Assembly (NCBI RefSeq): GCF_036321535.1
Contig: NC_087437.1
Span: 41,108,001-41,172,000 of the forward strand
Length of the DNA stretch: 64,000 nt
Source of the DNA: Camelus dromedarius
Taxonomy: Eukaryota
Reading direction: 5' to 3'
Shown here: in pieces, positions 27,824-40,872 of the stretch
Layout of the letters: each line of letters begins with the position of its first letter
Position numbering within the stretch: the stretch's first letter is position 1
Notes under the pieces: generated by a model
What the model was told of the DNA's origin: nothing
The model's input: the letters and a program-made list of their open reading frames with translations, nothing else
Databases searched by the model: none
Made by a program: the position numbers and the translations under genes

Positions 27824-28588
27824 AACAACCGGTGAACGCCAAAGGGCCAGAAGAACTCAACAGAACACTGCAGGTTCCCTTCATCGTCACCCTCGCTGTG
27901 CTTCCTTACTTCAACATGTTAAAAAAAATAGAGCAAACCAAAACATCACATTCATTTCAAAGAAATGATTCTTGGAAACTTTAAATAAGACAAATGGATA
28001 GTAACTCATTCCACATTAACTTCCAACTTTGAAATTTTAGCCTCCACGCTCTTATTTCTTTCTTTAAGGCTATTTGGGATCTGTCGTGTACAGCAACGAA
28101 GCTAGATTTCAAGTTGCCAGGTCCCCTCTCAGACCACGCTTATCAAGTTTTGGTCCAGAAAATATAGTCCCTGAGCAGCAGACAAACTGCAATATTAATT
28201 CATATGGAAAATAATGTGGGGGAGAGGCTAGAATAGATAAGGGAAACCCATAGAAAGTGCCCAAATCTCCTTAACTGCTAGTTTCAACATCTTTTTGCCA
28301 AAGTTGCTGAGTAGAAAGTACAGAATAACATGAGTTATTTCTTTTCCTGTTTTATTCCCTAACGTAGTGCTAATGATCAGCAAAATATCCACAGGCAGGG
28401 AAGCAATCCGAGATCTGTTCAGTTCTTTCTTAATCAGGTATGACTTCCTTCTGGATGCTCTTGGCATCCCTTCTTATTAATCTCAACAATTTTTGTTCCA
28501 CAGTCATGAGTGTATCCCAACTACTTTATTCTGTGGGTTCTCAGGTATATATTAAAAAAGTTCAAAACTCTGAAAGAAAAGCACTCAC

Positions 28589-28686
28589 AGCTGGTCGACT
28601 AGGCCGGGTAATGTCCCTGGATTCTTCTGGTTTCACCTTGGAAGGCTCATGGGGGAGCACAGGTGATCCTTCGGATTTACTGTTGG
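28589..28686 (-). CDS. TNIK: TNIK exon ~20 (98 nt, phase 1/0): (A)NSKSEGSPVLPHEPSKVKPEESRDITRPSRPA
   Basis: Acceptor ctctag|CC, donor GCT|gtgagt. Confidence 0.97.
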
Positions 28687-28989
28687 CTAGAGGACAAAAC
28701 AGAGGGCCAAGAAAGATAATGACCGTCAGAAAGCGCTGGCTCGATTCTGGAGTTCTGTGGTGAGTCATCCTCCGGGATTACTCAGCAGACACGTCATTCA
28801 CTTAGGCAAATTCTCAAGCAGAAGCATGAAAAAATAGTAAATGTTCAGGCGAACAAAGTCAGGCAAACACATTTAGACTTGGAAGCTGGAAGTCACTGGT
28901 AATAATAAGAAAAGCTAGCAAGTACCACCATCTACTGAGCACTAACTGTGTGTCAGGTTTAATGCTTAATGCTAAATGTTTTCTATGTC

Positions 28990-29121
28990 TTATTTATTTA
29001 TGTTTTTAGTGGGGGGAGGTAGGTAGGTTTATTTATTTTTTAATGGAGGTACTGGGGATGAAATCCAGGACCTCCTGCACGCTGAGCATGCACTCCATCA
29101 CTGAGCTATACTCTCCCTCCG
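28990..29121 (-). mobile_element. tRNA-derived SINE (Vic-1-like), inserted into a MIR
   Basis: Reverse complement GGAGGGAGAGTATAGCTCAGTG...GGTCCTGGATTTCATCCCCAGTACCTCC; 14-bp TSD atg(t/c)tttctatgtc at 28976-28989 and 29122-29135. Confidence 0.85.
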
Positions 29122-30920
29122 ATGCTTTCTATGTCAGTTGTGTCACTGAATCCTCCCTCCAACTAAATGATGAGGCACTTTCCTACCTCACAGCTGAACA
29201 CAGACTTACAGCGATGACACAACTGGCGTAAGGTCACACTGAAAATATGGGCAGAGCTGGGATTCTGTCTGATTTCTCAAAGTCCTAGCTAGTCTCAGTG
29301 ATGGTGCTTAGCCAGACTCTAAGTTGACATTCTATGATTGGTTTCTTCTTTTCCCACTTAACCACCAGAAGTTCTTTTGATGAAATATGGGCAAAAATAG
29401 AAACTTATTTTATTTGGAGGAATGGTTTTTAAATGGGAGGAGGAAGGCGGGGAGGTTGTCTGGGTTCTTTAAGGAAGAAAGACTGAGGTGGGGGTAGGGG
29501 GCCGTGTTGGTGATTAAAGGGAAGGGCCCTAAGGTAGAGTTACAGAGCAAGGGTTGAGGGAGGGCTCCCTAATAGCTGCGGAGTAAGGAGCATCCTTCCC
29601 AGTTATGAGCTCAAAGGTAGAGAAGAAGCAATCTACGGTGGGAGAGATTCTTTCGTTTGGTTTTAAGGTGATCTTTCCTGGGCAGGGACACACCAGGGAT
29701 ATAGGAGTGCTTTTAACCCAGAAGAACTAGAGGCCAAAGGACAGAAGATAAAAATTAAGCCTCAGTTAAAAATCAGAATTAAAATGATACGCCTAAGCTT
29801 GGTTTTCTTTAGCATTGGCTCTAACTAAGCATATTTAGTTGCTTACGAATAGAAAGAAGGTAAAGGAATGGCAGTTTTCTGAAGTAAGGAAGTTCGCATC
29901 TGGATCAAGGCCACAAAAGTACACACAGCTCTGGACTGTGCCACTGATGGCAGAAGAATGCATCTGGGGCAGCCGCAGGCCAGTCCACATCTCCTCCAGA
30001 GACACAAGCATTGCACATCTGACGTCTACCTTTTCAAAATGGACATACAGTGAGTTTACTTATTTAAAATCTTAAAAAGATATTAGAAGCTAAACCATGA
30101 TTGCGTCTAATGAAGAGGCTAAAAAAGAATAAAGAATTGGTGGTTTTCACTAGGCAGAGTAATTTACAAGTGTTTTCCAAACTGCACTTTAAAAAGTCCT
30201 GGTCTTTATTACTTGGAAGCAAAATTACCTTCTGAAGAAGGTTATTCAGGAAGAGCACAGTTTGATTAGCTAGAAACAATAGGTTATCATGTATAATTAG
30301 CTGGCCATATTAATATTTTTCACAGCTTCCTCATTAATGAAAACTAAACAATGAAGAATGACTTGAATTAAATGGTCAGAAAAGCTAATTTTTACCTCTC
30401 TAATAGGAGTACCCAGGAGAGTCAAATATATTTTCTGAGTCAAAGACTATATCTTCTCTCAAATGTATATTTATTCTACATTAGCCTTTACTGAATTCAC
30501 TTTGAGAAATACCTGGTACTATGAATTATGTTCGGAATACGAAAAGCGACTATTGACACAAGGGGAAGAAGATACTTGGGGGTTCACGAAACTCTAACCA
30601 GGCAATCAAATAAAAATGGAAATTCTGGTGACTGATGATTATATTTTCAAATAAGACCAATAATCTGTGATCTTTCTGGAAAACACTGGTATCTGCAATG
30701 AGAAAGGGTGTAGTTCACACTGATGTCACACATACAACTGGGGATAGTGGTCCACTCTCCTATGGAGCTGAAGCTGAGAGCAGTTAAGTGGCTTTTTAGC
30801 CTCACACAGCAGTGGTCACACCAGGACCAGAAGTCACAGAAGTCAGGAAGTCATCCGATTCCCTGTCCATGGCTCTCCTCCTCAGGGAATGCTGTCCTGG
30901 AAAGGTAGGGGAAAGCTTAC

Positions 30921-31084
30921 CTCGAACTCTGGTCCGTTCACTAGATCCTGCTTGTGATCCTGGCTGAGAGCCTCCTTGGGAGCTGGGCTGGGAGCTCGGG
31001 GTGCTGGAGCTGGAGGAACTGCCACTGCTGGTCCTCTGCAAGGGGCTCTCCAAGATGGGCTCGGTTCTCCGAAGATCGGGGTTA
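30921..31084 (-). CDS. TNIK: TNIK exon ~19 (164 nt, phase 2/1): (S)NPDLRRTEPILESPLQRTSSGSSSSSS...SSERTRVR(A)
   Basis: Acceptor gtgcag|T, donor G|gtaagc; overlaps ORF 30802..31218. Confidence 0.97.
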
Positions 31085-34000
31085 CTGCACAGATAGCAGA
31101 GCACAGTGACTACACTCTCAAGGACACATACGTCCTCCAGTCCCATCCCCAGTGCAAAGGGGTAAAGAGAGTGCTTATGCGACCATGCATTAAAGGGGTC
31201 AATGGTGATAACAATCATGCCATCCTCTGTGGATTCTGAATCAGAACGGCAGGAACTCTTGACCCAACTCTTGGGTCATCACACCAAATGCATTAGTTCT
31301 GAAATGGTGGCTCTTCAAAGGAGGTTTCTTTAAACCCCTGTTCCTGTGCTTACTGGAAAATACTTGAAAATATTAAAAGCTAAAAATCAGGAAGCAAAGC
31401 ATGCAATCTCTGAATCGAGAGATACTCAGCTATATTTCACTATATGATATATTACCTTCTAGTGTTTTTTCTTTCATATGTATGGAAGCACACTGTATAT
31501 TCAATTTTGCATCTTGCTTTTTTCCCTCTTAAACTGCACTGTGAGCTTCTTATGCTTCTAAAAACAATAATGGCTGCACAGCAGTCCATTATATAGATGA
31601 ATTAGTTTAACCATTCTTCTATCGTTAGGTGCTTCCGTACATCACTATGACATGTAACACTGAAATAACCATCTAGATGCATACAAATATTCAACCACAT
31701 CTCTCCTGGAATTGGAATTCTTGGGTGGAAGGGCATAAACTGGAGTATATATGTGCACATATGTGTGTATGTGAACGTATAAACATGCTGCCAATTTTCA
31801 CTGAATTCTTACCGGACTTTATAATGAACAGCTGACTAATATGTAAAAAAATAATATCTTGCTGTTTTAGTGTAGTTTTAAAAAATTACTGTTGAGGTAG
31901 AATAATTTTTATTCACATTTATTTGTTATTTGTAATTCCTCTTCTGTGAATGACTTAAGTTCTCTGCTCACATAGCTAGTGATATCTTTGCATTTTAAAA
32001 GTTCTTGCAGGAAGTCTTCATATACATTGTCCATTATCAAAAGGAGGTTTGCTTGAAAGTAATTATTATTAAGTGCTAAATCAAGAACTAATTCATTTGT
32101 TGGCAGCCTAGCAGCCCCCACTGGTTATAAACCTAACTATATTATTCATCCTTATATTGTTACTACCCCCAAAATAGTGCTATTTATTCACTCACTCAGT
32201 TGGTCTATATGTGGCACTGAGATCCGGTAATGAACAAGACACAGCCGTGCCCTCTGCCAGCTCAGCCTGACACACACAGCTACCTTCACTCATGCTTTGC
32301 CTGCAGTGAGCACAGGGCAATATGGGAGCACAAAGCAGGGCCCCAGGCCACTTGGGGTGATCACAGGGGCTTGTGCAGAAGAGGAGACATCCAAGCAGTG
32401 GCGGTGGGAGGCAACTGGTGAGATTTTTATGATCTTGTTATAAAAATAAGCAGCATTCTCAAAATTTCTAGTAAGCTCTTTCTGTTTAATTTCTAAGTCA
32501 CAGACCTTTCCATTTTTCCTTTAGACTTCTGTAATGCTGGCGTAAGTGGATAATTTAGTGAGACCTGAAATTCAAAGCTCCTATCCACTGCCGTCCAACT
32601 GCCTAGGGAACAGCATGGGCCCCTCCAGGTTTTCATCATCTTCAGTTCCTTCCCCAAAGAGAATTCCACTAACAGAGTCATCATAGCACTATGGTTTTAA
32701 TGCAGTGAGATACCACATTCGAATGTAATTCTCTGCTTTCATTTTGCTCTGCCCATTTCAAGAGTCTCAAGTGGGTACCAGGCAGTCTGCACTGTGTGGG
32801 TGTCAGATGCTTCACATACAAATGTGAAAATAATATGGCCCCTTCCCTTGGGACACTTGTAGCTTAGTCCATAAAAACCTGACCACAAATGGCATCATGA
32901 CAGCAACAACTAAACCAAATAATTTACTTTTGAAAACACAAGAGCCTTGCTTTGTGGTAATGTATTTGGCATAGCCATTTGGTCAAGTTAAAAAATTCTT
33001 AAATACTGGGTTATTGGAAGACATAGCTGGTCCTGCAAAACATATGTTAAAATAAATATATCTTTATAATTTAGTAATTTGATCATATAAATGTAGAATT
33101 TATGACAATATTCACCATTTAAGTTTTTATGGTAAAGGGGTTGCTAAGTCAAGCTAACAGTAAAATCAATTGCAGAAGTGAGTGTTGGTAAACTTAAGGA
33201 AGACTTTAAAATTTTTTGATATTTTTATGGCATTCTTTTGTGATACTATTAGCATTCAATTGATTGAAATAGATTTGGATCCATGATGGCAACATCCCCC
33301 CCTCCCTCTACTTGACGAATACCTAAAACGATAAATGTGTAATACTTCTGAAATGCCCACATTTTAAATTTTTCATTTTTTCATAAAGAAACAATCCTAT
33401 CTTCTTTCACTCCCAAGTAATGAATTCTTCCTCATTGTCCTCTTTTATTTAACAGTAGTGGTCAAGAATTATTTCAGTATAATTAATACATTCTAAAAAT
33501 ATTTTTTCTAAAAATTGTATTGAGGTTAAGGGCCATGGGCATACTAAAGTTCCTTGGTGGATGCTCTCATTTTGTGGAGATGTAGTGTTCTTCATAGTAA
33601 AAAAAAAAAAAAATCTATCGAGAGAACAGAGATCTGTGAGCTCTGAGCATCTCCCCTGGTGGCTGTGCTGTGGTACCAGGGTCCAGCTCTTTGTTCGAAT
33701 GCCACACTCCTTTGATCATTTAACCAAAACCTTTCCATTAAACACCTGGACCAGTATGAGGGATGGGGGAGGGCACCAGGCACAGGGCAGGCAGGCAAGT
33801 TACAACATAGTCCCAGGGATGAGACATGCACTGTGGAGACAATAGACAGCAAGGCAAAACTCTATATGCCGACTGAGGGTCTATAAATAAGATTGGAGTT
33901 TGGGAACAATGAATGGAGCCTGGAACGGTCAAGGGTGGTGTCAGGAAAGAGACAGGACTTGATTAGACTTTGGAGGGGTGAGCAGGAAGGCTGGGGGAAC

Positions 34001-35440
34001 AGCCTGAGCAAAGACACAGCAGCTGGGGTTTTCCTGGGGCTCGTTGGTACGGAGGACACCGCCCTCACTGAGTACTACGTCTGTGTTAGGAAACCATGGG
34101 AGGGTGGTCGTCAGAAGAAATGGGCGGCTTATGCGGCAATGGCCAGTAAAAGCTGGCAGAGAACATGGACCTCCCAGGGCCAGTTTATGAATCACTCACT
34201 GGCCAGGACAGAGGCAGGGAGGAAGCTGCTGCCATATTAGATGATAAGGCCTGGGCCAGGGCCATCCTGGCAAAAAAGAGGGGCCTGGGTGTCAGCAGAA
34301 CCAGCCCCGCCGGGATAAATGTGCATCTCTGACTGGGGCTCAGGGTCTCTCTCCGTGTGACGCTAATTGGATCCCAAGAGCATTACATCCCTGACCTGGG
34401 CTTCATTAGCCCAAGTCTGCCCCACCAGAGCTAACCAGTGTGGGTGCTGATCTTGATAGATTGCTACTTTTGCTGCCAGAGTATGATGGAAGTGTAACCA
34501 TATATAGAAATAGGGAAAACTTTAAAATGCCTTTTCTATCTTCTTTATTTTGGGGATAAAATATGAGTGTTTTGAGAAAATGTCACATTGTTCATATTTT
34601 TCTCCTCCTTATTCTGTAGTAATGTGGTCTGGCCTTGGGACCAAGGGGCCTGAGATAAATGCTCTTAGAAGGGCTCAATTTCAGAAGACTTCCATGAAAT
34701 AAGAGATTTCTCTCGTTCACATACTAACTGAGCCTACTCAGATCCAAATGTGTAAAGACTTGAAAACATTCATATAGATTTCTTTAAATGCTAACTCTTA
34801 GTTCAAACATTTGCCATCCTGCAGACAATGCTGCTTGGTCTATAAAACACACAGCAAAGTGAAAATTATTCCATTTTCTTGAGTCATATAAAAAGTCAAA
34901 ACAGAAAATTAGGATTACGAAGTGATTTCTTGGCCCAAATACTTGGGCCAAGTCTATAATTAACTGGCTGACTGCCAAAATTCATTTTACTTTGTTCTTT
35001 GGTGACACAGCCAGTGAAAACGAATGAGCCACGAGAAGATAGGTTTGGGATGGGACAGAGAGTTATTTTTTGAATTTAAGCATTTAGTCACTGGGTTTTG
35101 ACTGGCTGTTACTGGCTTAATTTTAATCTTTTCATACTCCAAATGTACTCATTTAATCAAATTTTAATTTGCTCTAAAAGAACACATGAATCAAAGTTAA
35201 ATGTTAAAGTACATGGAATGTTTTTAAACAGAAATTTAAAAAATGAACAAATCAAATCCTGATTTAAACTCAACTGATCACCTTGACAGTAGAAGGCATT
35301 TGGGAGTCCATACGGCATTGCAAAGGACAAATTTAAAGCAACCCTTTTTTTATAGCTTTATGGATGGACAGTTGTCTGACAAATGCTACAGAAAGAACTA
35401 TGAAGACTTCATTGGAACCAACAGAAAGTAGGAGAGTCTC

Positions 35441-35800
35441 TGTGTTACGGTAATGCCCCCCCAGTGAATCGCATCTCCCAGTGTCCACGTCCCTGGGTAT
35501 TTCCTTTACATACTGACTGGGGACTTGGCCGTGTGACTTATGGTCCCAATGGGACATCAGCAAAGACGATGGAAGCAAAGGCTTCCAAAGAGCTTGTGAT
35601 GCTGTCCTGAAATCACCAGTCAAGAAGTCCAGGATGAAAGGTACAGCTGACTCCATCAGCCCAGTGCAGCTGCATAAGTGAGCCCAGGTGAGACCAGCAG
35701 AACAATGTTTTAGCCAACCCAGAGGATCGTCAGAAATAATAAACCGTTACTCTTTCAGGCCACTACATTTTGGCATGCTTTATTATGCAGCAAAACTGAA
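35441..35800 (+). mobile_element. MaLR (MLT1-like) solo LTR relic
   Basis: gtgagcccaggtgagaccagcagaacaa...ccaacccagaggatcgtcagaaataataaa...ttattatgcagcaaaa, MLT1-like 3' end. Confidence 0.7.
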
Positions 35801-37696
35801 CTAAAGCCATCTCTATCATGGTAAATATACCGAATCCTAAAACATTTAAAAATGCAATCCAATCAAGAGTCGCATAGTCTGATTCACATCTTAAATACTG
35901 GTCACTTGGAGATACGTGATTGCAAGAAGTAGACTTGTTGGGCAGGATTGTTCCACCTGGCAGAGATGGGGGATTCTCCATCTTTCCCTTCCCCACAGTC
36001 CCTCCGGCTTTCATTGTAGGTAAATAGTTATTACCTCTTAGCTCACTTCCTCCCTACCTTCACCATAAGCAGAAAGGGTTGGCTGTCTTCACAAGGTCTG
36101 CATTCTTTGGACAAAGTACAATGTTTAAGAGATTCCCGGGGAAAAGCACATGTTTTGCAAGCCACTGACCATCAAACAGCAGCTATCTTGGGTTCTAAGG
36201 TCATTAAAATTAAACATTTCAGAGGGAACAAAGAGCTGCTTTTCATTTGACTATAAAACAATAGTTCTCTTTCTTTGGTTGTTAGAGGGGAAACAACTTA
36301 AAGTTGAAATGATGCTTGATCTACAGCAATGAAAATTATAAGCAACTGATCCAGGGAACACGGCCTGGCGGGCGGGGTTCAAAGGAGCAAGAAGCACTGA
36401 TAACTGGGGACTTAGCGCCACTGGAAGAGGCAGACGGGTAAAGTTCAGGCCAGCAACCCGGGCTGACATTCCTTTGGCTCCCTGGGCACAGTCCAGTCCA
36501 CAGGCTTCCCCAGGGCTGCGTAGCAATACCAGCTCAGCGGGAGTCTGACAAGTTGCGGGACAAACAATGGCTCATTCAGGGCTTCCTGCAATTGGCAACT
36601 CCACTCAGAACTGGCTAGCTTCTTTGCCATAAAGGGACTAACATTCTTAGTACCATTCCACCTTAATTATGGACTGACTCCTTCCTAAGGCTTTTCATGG
36701 GAAGGGAAACATTAAGGCTTTATGATCAAAAGCATTCCCTATTTTACTGATCAATAGTATACAATACAAATAGTCCTAACCTTCATTTCCAGTCTCTCCT
36801 TCTCTTTGACTAGCAAGAGAGAGTCCTCCTCTTATTATGAACACAACGAAGGCGAATAAAACAGCCTGCCCAAGATCCTTTTTATAGTCTCAGCAGAGGC
36901 CATGTGCTATTTCAGCTGCTCTTAAAAAGGAGCCTACTCGTCGTGAAAAATCGGAGGGAAGCAAACAGCATCAGTCACCACATAAAATCTGCTCAGATAC
37001 TGTAAGGATACTGTTTATTTTCCAGCTTCTCTTGAGACCCCTACACCAAGCAGTAGGTGGGTGCAGCTTCCTGACTGTAGGAATACAGCTGGTAGAACTT
37101 TCTAGGCGAGCACAGAGCAACAGAGGTAACATGACTGTATTTCAGTGACCCTCCCTAATGCCAAAGACATAATTTCCTCATAAGAACGAGTCCTTCTGTA
37201 ATTTGCCAAGTTAGGGAAGCCCTGCAGCTGGTCACTCTCTCATTTCTTTGGCAATTACTTTGTCTCAATAGTTCCCAGGGCACATTTCTTGACCTGATGC
37301 TAAAAATCACCTCAAGTCAGGCTGACTTCATGAAGTGGCCTCTGAAGTAATGGTCAGGGGTACTGCAACCAAATTTCTATTTGTAGTTTTCCCCCTACAA
37401 TTTAACAACTGTCAAGTTAAGGTAAACTCAGTTGGCTTCTGGGTTGATTCATTCATTGATTCCCTGATTCATTCATTCACCTGTTCATTCATGAGCCCCA
37501 CTTCCATACACTGATTTCTGTGAAAGGCTACTGAAGAAATAAAAGGCGTGTGTCCTGCCCACCAAAGCTTACAGTCTGGGTGGCCAGTCAACATAACTCT
37601 GAAGTGAAAAAAGAATGAAGACATGTTTTAGGAAAGCAATCATGACCATAGTAGGTGGGGGTTTTTCCCTTCACCTTAACCATCTTCCTTCCCTAC

Positions 37697-37803
37697 CTTG
37701 CTCTGATGGGTTGAGATCCTAGTCTGGGTCCCAGAGCACTACCATTTCCAGGAGAATTCTTTCTTGCTAATGCTGGGGATATAGAAGTTGTTCTTTGAGG
37801 CAC
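37697..37803 (-). CDS. TNIK: TNIK exon ~18 (107 nt, phase 0/2): VPQRTTSISPALARKNSPGNGSALGPRLGSQPIRA(S)
   Basis: Acceptor tttcag|GTG, donor AG|gtaggg; translated by hand. Confidence 0.97.
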
Positions 37804-38814
37804 CTGAAAGAAAACCAGAGTTCAGAAATATTTTCCATAAAATAGCTTCCAGAGGAGACTGCCTGAAAAGCAGCCTACTCCTTTTCTACAATTTGCCAGG
37901 AGACACAGAAACTATCAGAAACAGGAAAGAAACATGTTTTATTTCTCAAAGAAATATTTAACTCTCTAAACAACATCAAACAAAAGAGTCACCTTTAGCA
38001 AACATTAAGGAGTACAGTCCTTAATTTTAAAGACAAATTTAGAAACAGACCAAACTAATTATTTTGATTCACTGGGCAAAAATAATTGACCTCCTTCATT
38101 CGCACAAGTGTGGTGGATACCAGAAATTTCTTTGGGGTATCATTAACTCAGCTGATTGTTGGAAATTGCATCAGATGAGAGCCATCCGGATAAACTGAGT
38201 TCCATTTTTAACTCAGAAAACAATTGATGAACAGATAAGGAGATTATAAAATCTGGTGAGAAACTAGGGTATCGGGCTAGGACTTGGGACAGAAGCCACA
38301 CGTCAGTGAGCTCAGAGAAGCTACTGCAAGGGATCCTGAAGTGTTTCCACTTCCTAATCAACTTGCAGTCACAAATTAAAAACAAACCCCTAAACATTGT
38401 GCTTTGGAAGGTCAATATGCAAACATAATACAAAACAGGATTAATACTGAAAATCCTAGAAGGTCTTCAAAGAAAAAAAAAAAAACAAAAAAACTATGTG
38501 AGTACCAGTCAGACTGTGAGGTAGAGTGGGAAGATGTATCATTAGTTTATCAGGGGTCTAAGGTAGAATTCAAATACACCTCATTTTATGAAACATTTTT
38601 TAATGAAATAAAATACTGTTAATTGCGCCAACTGAGTTCAATATGAGGAAGAGGAAAAACTTACTTTATGAGACGTGACCAGGAAATGAAAGAAAAGATA
38701 ACCTGTGACAGTTAGTTGAGCTAAACATTTGTCAGGTGCTTTAATTTTTATTTATTTTTGGAGGCTCTTTTAAAATGCGTTTGTATTTTGTACTAGATAG
38801 TTTTATAGCACATT

Positions 38815-39207
38815 TCACTTTTATTTATTTAATTGAAGTATAGTTGATTTGCAATGTTGTATTAGTTTCAGGTGTAGAAAAAGTGATTCAGTTACACACA
38901 CACACACGTATATATTTTATCCCTCCCCCACCTTTCCCTTTTGTTAACCCTAAGTTCATTTTCTATGTCTCTGAGTCTATTTCTGTTTTGTAAATAAATT
39001 CATTTGTATAATTTTTTTTTAAGATTCCACATATAAGCGATACATATATTTGTCTTTGTCTAACTTACTTCACTTAATATGATAATCTCTAGGTCCATCC
39101 AAGTTGCTGCAAATAGCATTATTTCATTCTTTTATGGCTGAGTAAAATTCCATTGTGGTATATACATATATATATATAATCACATCTTTATCCATTCTTT
39201 TGTCAAT
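38815..39207 (-). mobile_element. 5'-truncated L1 3' end
   Basis: tttaattgaagtatagttgattt...agattccacatataag...ctaggtccatcc...ttttatggctgagta, typical antisense L1 3'UTR. Confidence 0.85.
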
Positions 39208-40632
39208 GTACTAGACATTTTAAAATTGGGCTTTGTTTTAATATTATCGTTTAATATATTAAATGATATTTAACATTGATACAAATTCTGTTGGTTATTA
39301 TAATACATTTTAAGATAAAGACCTAGAAAGACGAATCAGCCAAGTGAAGCAGAATGACTCTATCAGTGTTCCCGCCTGCTCAAGTTCAATATTACTACTA
39401 CTCTTCTTCCCTTTTCATTTGCTAAACTGAAACAGCTGTAGAGAGAAAGTCTAATGAATTACTGAAAACCTAAAATCTTTGTATCAATCTAAATTTTTCT
39501 TGCAGAATTATAAACGTGTGCCTGTGCATTTTTAGAGCATGGACCAACACCCTCAAATGTTTCTCCAGCTCTTGTGTCTGTTCCTCTGCCCACCCTATTT
39601 TCCAGATTGAACTTTGCTCCCTAAAGGACCCTTCTTGATGGTATCTCTGCTTCCACAAGAGGAGGACACCAACGAAAAGAGCCACTATCTGCTAATTCCA
39701 TTTTCAAAATAATGGAAATCCTGGTATAATATCCTTTTGAGAGGAAGATGAGGAAAAATACTTGAAAATCATTGGGTGAAAAGTTTTTTTTTTTTCTCCT
39801 GGGATCAACAATGGTATTGATCTCAGGAAACTGTGAGACATTCTGTTCAGGATGAGTTCAGGAGAAAGGGGAATCCTGAACTGGAAAGAATCTGAGGCAA
39901 AAAATTCTCCAGTATTTTGAAATACTTCCAGGTTGTCTGTAATGAGATGCATGGTCTCATTTCAGGACTTTTTTTTTTTTGAATATATAATAACTTGGTA
40001 GGGGCAAAAACTAAACAAATGAAACCAAACTCAGGGTTGTTCTGTCCAGTGGGATGACTGGTTATTTTGCCCTACAGTTTAATCCTCAGTAATTAATTAA
40101 GGTTGGAATTAAATTACAACGTGGCTCAGTAGGAATCTTCCTTAAGTGGAGCCAACTAAAATATTCTAAGTGCAATACGATCTTGTGAACACCTGAAACC
40201 TGGTTTCACTTTGTGTTATTAAAAATAGGAGTAAATAAATTTTCTACTTTTTATCTGGAAGTTTTAAATTTGTCCAGACAGAGATTAAGTCATCTATGGA
40301 AAATATCCATATTATTCTATTTCTTAATATGAAGAGTAAAAGAACAGTTTGGAATGCTTGGGGTTGAGAGTTCTAATCCTGGATACAGGATGTATGCTTC
40401 CAAGTCAATCAATCTACCTGAGCTTCCATTTCTTTGGGGAAAAGGGAGGTCAGAAGTGATAAATGACAATCCAAATCTTAGCTTGGGAATGAGAAGGGAC
40501 CAAAAAAACACGAGAGGGGACGGTGCTTTGGTGATGTCATGGTCTTCACTATGAGGACAGGTCTGGAACAGGGGTAGTAATTAACAGTGATGACGATGAC
40601 AGTGATGATGATAAAAACCGCGGTAACATTAC

Positions 40633-40872
40633 CTTTGGTGGAATGTCTTCTTCCTGTCGTAACCAAGAGCTTCGGTCAAACTTCTCAATGCGAGTGGGGA
40701 GAGGAGGGTTTTCAGAGGTGGGATCCGAGTTCTGGCGCGGCATCTCAACGCGGTGAGAGGTCACGCTCAGAGCCTCCTGAAACCCAGAGAGGCCCTTCGT
40801 GGGCTGCTCGTGCACCGACTGGGAGGCGGTCAAGGCAGGTCCCTGGGATTTCACAGCTACCAGATGTGGGAT
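40633..40872 (-). CDS. TNIK: TNIK exon ~17 (240 nt, phase 0/0): IPHLVAVKSQGPALTASQ...WLRQEEDIPPK
   Basis: Acceptor gcttag|ATC, donor AAG|gtaatg; overlaps ORF 40549..40854. Confidence 0.97.
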
